This document shows positions 59,496 to 62,272 of a stretch of 62,272 nt of DNA, in pieces. How positions within the stretch are numbered: the first letter of the stretch is position 1; the number at the start of each line of letters is the position of its first letter. The position numbers and the translations under genes are program-made. The DNA is from Candidatus Taenariivivens baikalensis. Lineage in GTDB: Bacteria > Omnitrophota > Omnitrophia > Omnitrophales > Aquincolibacteriaceae. The notes below the pieces were generated by a model. It was not told where the DNA came from. It worked only from the letters and a program-made list of their open reading frames with translations, and searched no databases. The stretch is taken from the NCBI GenBank assembly GCA_009691445.1, contig SICL01000009.1:1-62272 (forward strand). The letters run 5' to 3'.

Positions 59496-60614
59496 GTGGG
59501 TGTGTATTCACGGGGCGGCACTTATTGGATGAGTTATATGATTGGCGGGGAACAAAAGCGCGAATCCTGTCAAACATCCAATAAGCGTGACGCCGAAGAA
59601 CGATATGCGGCTCGGATCACCGCAATTAAAGAAGGAAGATTTTTCGACATTCAAAAAGTCGAATTAATCATCTTCAAGGAATTTGCCGACCGATACATCG
59701 AAGAACACTCAAAGATTAATAAGAAATCTTGGGAAGATGACGTATGCGGACTTAAAGATTTAAAGGCGGAATTTGGAGAAAAGTATCTGCAAGATATTAA
59801 AACCGCAGATATCGTAAAGTTTAAGGCAAAACAAACGCAGAAAATTTCAGGACATAAGCGTATCACAAAAGTTGCTACCATCAACCGTAAGCTGACTCTT
59901 CTTAAGGCCATTCTTAATAAAGCCATCGAATGGGATGCGCTGAAAGGTCCGAGTCCAGCAGCTAAAGTCACTCTATTCAAAGAAAATAATACGCGGGATC
60001 GTTTTTTGAATAGGGAAGAATTAGAAAACTTATATGCCCAGTGTAATGGGGAACTGCTTCATATTCTTAAAGTAGCAGTTCATACGGGACTTCGGCAAGG
60101 CGAGATCATGGGCCTAACTTGGAAAGATATCGATATTAATAGGAAGCTGATCTACGTCCGACGATCCAACAAGTCTAGCTATAGTACCAAGTCCAGTAAG
60201 AATAGAGTCGTGCCTATGAATGATATTGTTCTTAAGGTGTTTTTGAGTATACTAAAGCAGCCAGATTCAGATTTTATTTTTGATAATACCCATAGAAACG
60301 GATTTTTAGCAGCATTGGTAAGAGCCAAGATTACGGATTTTAAATTTCATGATTTGAGACATACTTTTGCATCCAACCTTGTGATGGCAGGTGTTCCTAT
60401 TAATACCATTAGGGAACTTCTTGGGCACTCTACTATTAATATGGTGCTACGATATGCTCATCTAGCCCCGGATCACAAATCGGATTCTGTGGAAAAACTT
60501 ATCACAATTTTATCACAATCGAATAAAATTTCTGAACCTGCAGTTTTGTATAAAGTTGTAAACAGAAGAAAAATAAAGAGTTACAAAATTCGTGGCGCGG
60601 TAGCAAAGTGGTAA
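59496..60614 (+). CDS. Tyrosine recombinase/integrase
   Basis: Arm-binding N-domain; TGLRQGE, TKSSK, FHDLRHTFAS, LLGHS and RYAH catalytic motifs all intact. Confidence 0.95.
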   Translation: MGVYSRGGTYWMSYMIGGEQKRESCQTSNKRDAEERYAARITAIKEGRFFDIQKVELIIFKEFADRYIEEHSKINKKSWEDDVCGLKDLKAEFGEKYLQDIKTADIVKFKAKQTQKISGHKRITKVATINRKLTLLKAILNKAIEWDALKGPSPAAKVTLFKENNTRDRFLNREELENLYAQCNGELLHILKVAVHTGLRQGEIMGLTWKDIDINRKLIYVRRSNKSSYSTKSSKNRVVPMNDIVLKVFLSILKQPDSDFIFDNTHRNGFLAALVRAKITDFKFHDLRHTFASNLVMAGVPINTIRELLGHSTINMVLRYAHLAPDHKSDSVEKLITILSQSNKISEPAVLYKVVNRRKIKSYKIRGAVAKW

Positions 60615-60665
60615 TGCATCGGTCTGCAAAACCGATATACGGCGGTTCAATTCCGCCCCGCGCCT
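60594..60665 (+). tRNA. tRNA-Cys (GCA); contains the right att site
   Basis: GGCGCGG/CCGCGCC acceptor stem, U discriminator, TCGGT-CTGCAAA-ACCGA anticodon arm, GTTCAAT T loop. Confidence 0.95.
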
Positions 60666-60671
60666 TATTCG

Positions 60672-60750
60672 ATTGTGGAATGCAGATTTCGGATTGCGAA
60701 ATATAAAAACCCAAAAGGCTTTCTTCATTCTGAAATCCTAAATCCGCAAT
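60672..60750. repeat. Inverted heptamer array (TGCGGAT / ATCCGCA) between the tRNAs
   Basis: attgtggaatgcagatttcggattgcgaa ... cattctgaaatcctaaatccgcaat. Confidence 0.7.
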
Positions 60751-60756
60751 GTAATT

Positions 60757-60791
60757 GCCCAAGTGGCGAAATGGCAGACGCACCGGACTTA
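60757..60791 (+). pseudogene. Truncated 5'-half copy of tRNA-Leu
   Basis: 35 bp identical to 60840-60874, ending within the anticodon (CTTA). Confidence 0.85.
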
Positions 60792-60839
60792 TCCGCCAAA
60801 GAGCGCGGCGGACCCGTCCGGATAAAAAATATTCTTCTT

Positions 60840-60924
60840 GCCCAAGTGGCGAAATGGCAGACGCACCGGACTTAAAATCCGTTGGGATTAATATCCTGTG
60901 CCGGTTCGAGTCCGGCCTTGGGCA
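60840..60924 (+). tRNA. tRNA-Leu (TAA)
   Basis: GCCCAAG/CTTGGGC acceptor stem, CTTAAAA anticodon loop, long variable arm, GTTCGAG; Cys-Leu(TAA) order as in cysT-leuZ. Confidence 0.93.
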
Positions 60925-61068
60925 TTGTTCTTACATTCTTTTCATCTTCTTTTTCCGCAGTAATTTCCCCCTAGTTTATCGTCGATAATCATTAACATTT
61001 TTTAACTACGCACTTTAATAATCTTTTTTATAACGCGTAACTTGTTTAATAGTAACAACTTACATCTA

Positions 61069-61097
61069 TTGACAAGATGCCGCTAAAGTGGTATTAT
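61069..61097 (+). promoter_or_regulatory. Sigma70 promoter
   Basis: TTGACA-N17-TATTAT with TG extension. Confidence 0.65.
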
Positions 61098-61180
61098 TTG
61101 CGTGTATCGAAATACCTGCTATACTTTTTGAAAAGCTCGCATCAGGAATAGTTCTTATGAATAAAAGGAGGGAGGTGACC

Positions 61181-62272
61181 TTGAGTAATCTCTCGGGAAG
61201 ACTTTCTAAAGAAATTTTAATTTTGAAGCGAGTCATTTCTTCCATTCTTTCTGTTTGCTTTTTATCCGCTCAAGTTGTTCCATTTTCATTTGCAAATCCC
61301 TCACCGACTTATTTATCCCGTTCTTCTGATGAAGAAAGCCGTTTGATCTCATTCGATAGTGTAAGTACGAATACAAGCACTGGCACTGAGACTGGTGTTG
61401 GCTCAGAAACAGTTTCACAATTTTTACAAAATTCTCCAGCAATTGAATCGACGCGTCAAACTTCCCAAGAGTCTCCTTCTTATAAGAGTGATAGTTCAGC
61501 CGTTGTGATCTTACCGAGTCAGCCCGCATCAAGCCCATTCGTCAAAAAATCTGTAACACCTGGTTCCCAGCCATCCACTTCAAGTAACGCAGTCCAAATT
61601 ACCCGGGATGATGGTGGAGTTTCCACGATCACCTACAGTGTGCCCCAAGATGCGTTGAGCTCGATTGGCGAAGAGTATCTGGTGGCAATGATTGATGTCG
61701 CGGGGCAGAAGTTTCAGGAGCCTGGTCTTATGATTGCGCAAGCACCTTCGCCTCAAAATAGTTATGAAATGAAAATTTACGATGTGGGTGAAAAACAAAC
61801 AGCCGCATTCAATAATGGAACTCAATCCATTGTTTATGCCGGCCCCGAAGCAACGACTTCCTGGCAGCGTCAAACAGTCGGGAGTATCAGCCAGAGACCC
61901 ATTAGTCCGTCAGGAAGCCAACCGCAAGCCAAACGAGATGGATTAATCCAATCGTACAATATCTATTATAGGAACAGCCCTTCCGAAGATTGGAAGCTGG
62001 CAGCCTCGAATGTGGCCGCGGATGCTTCGGGGATAACGACTTGGAAAGATTCACTGAATCCGGATCAGGCGGCCAAGCGCTTCTATAAAGTCGAAGTGTC
62101 GGAAGTTAAAACCAATTATACGAGCACTCTGGTAAAAATCGGGAATCGTTTGGCGATTGCGTTAAGCGGGAATTTTAATCAAGACGCCAAAGTAGAAGTT
62201 GTGGATGCTGACGGGAAATCCGTCATCAAGCCGGTGTTGCTGACGAAAGATCTCAAGAACTATTACATTGAT
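61181..62272 (+). CDS. Secreted protein, 3' end outside the window (absent from the ORF track)
   Basis: SD GGAGGTGA, TTG start, frame open to the window end: MSNLSGRLSKEILILKRVISSILSVCFLSAQVVPFSFA...; contains YNIYY...W...TWKD...RFYKV module. Confidence 0.8.
   Translation, partial: MSNLSGRLSKEILILKRVISSILSVCFLSAQVVPFSFANPSPTYLSRSSDEESRLISFDSVSTNTSTGTETGVGSETVSQFLQNSPAIESTRQTSQESPSYKSDSSAVVILPSQPASSPFVKKSVTPGSQPSTSSNAVQITRDDGGVSTITYSVPQDALSSIGEEYLVAMIDVAGQKFQEPGLMIAQAPSPQNSYEMKIYDVGEKQTAAFNNGTQSIVYAGPEATTSWQRQTVGSISQRPISPSGSQPQAKRDGLIQSYNIYYRNSPSEDWKLAASNVAADASGITTWKDSLNPDQAAKRFYKVEVSEVKTNYTSTLVKIGNRLAIALSGNFNQDAKVEVVDADGKSVIKPVLLTKDLKNYYID

Larger units (their letters stand above)
46991..60634. 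mobile_element. Tyrosine-integrase genomic island (~13.6 kb) in tRNA-Cys, carrying an Rhs gene and a candidate immunity gene
   Basis: 41-bp direct repeats, xis-int at the right end, TTATCACA tandem sites near both ends, visibly more AT-rich than flanking genes. Confidence 0.92.

Noticed and set aside
47032-60593. Prophage or complete ICE
   Set aside because: No capsid, terminase, tail, relaxase or T4SS genes are visible.
60757-60839. Group I intron in tRNA-Leu(UAA)
   Set aside because: The insert is under 50 bp, lacks core helices and is followed by a full new tRNA rather than a 3' exon.

Overview
This is a bacterial chromosomal window, probably from the PVC superphylum (Omnitrophota-like; inferred from gene content and protein style, not tested). 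In order, it holds: (1) the 3' part of a giant Ig-repeat surface protein and a membrane-anchored neighbour; (2) a Wza/Wzc polysaccharide export locus; (3) housekeeping genes guaB3-guaA-dnaE, HU-csp-rsmE-cvpA-dnaG-rpoD-tRNA-Ile2, a porin and RNase P RNA; (4) a PyrR-attenuated pyr operon and yicC-gmk-rpoZ-coaC-coaB; (5) a ~13.6 kb integrative element in tRNA-Cys. The element duplicates the 5' half of the tRNA and its integrase ORF ends inside the tRNA. Its main cargo is a 3212-aa secreted Rhs protein that looks circularly permuted. The C-terminal half of the YD shell and the DPxG core come first, a toxin-like tip sits mid-protein, and a DUF1598-like domain, a DUF6531-like segment, the other half-shell and FN3 domains follow. 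A candidate immunity gene comes next. The intergenic spaces hold many inverted short-tandem-repeat (mostly 7-mer) hairpins, one of which brackets a decayed four-helix-bundle gene. Domain family names are recognised by eye; no database search was run.
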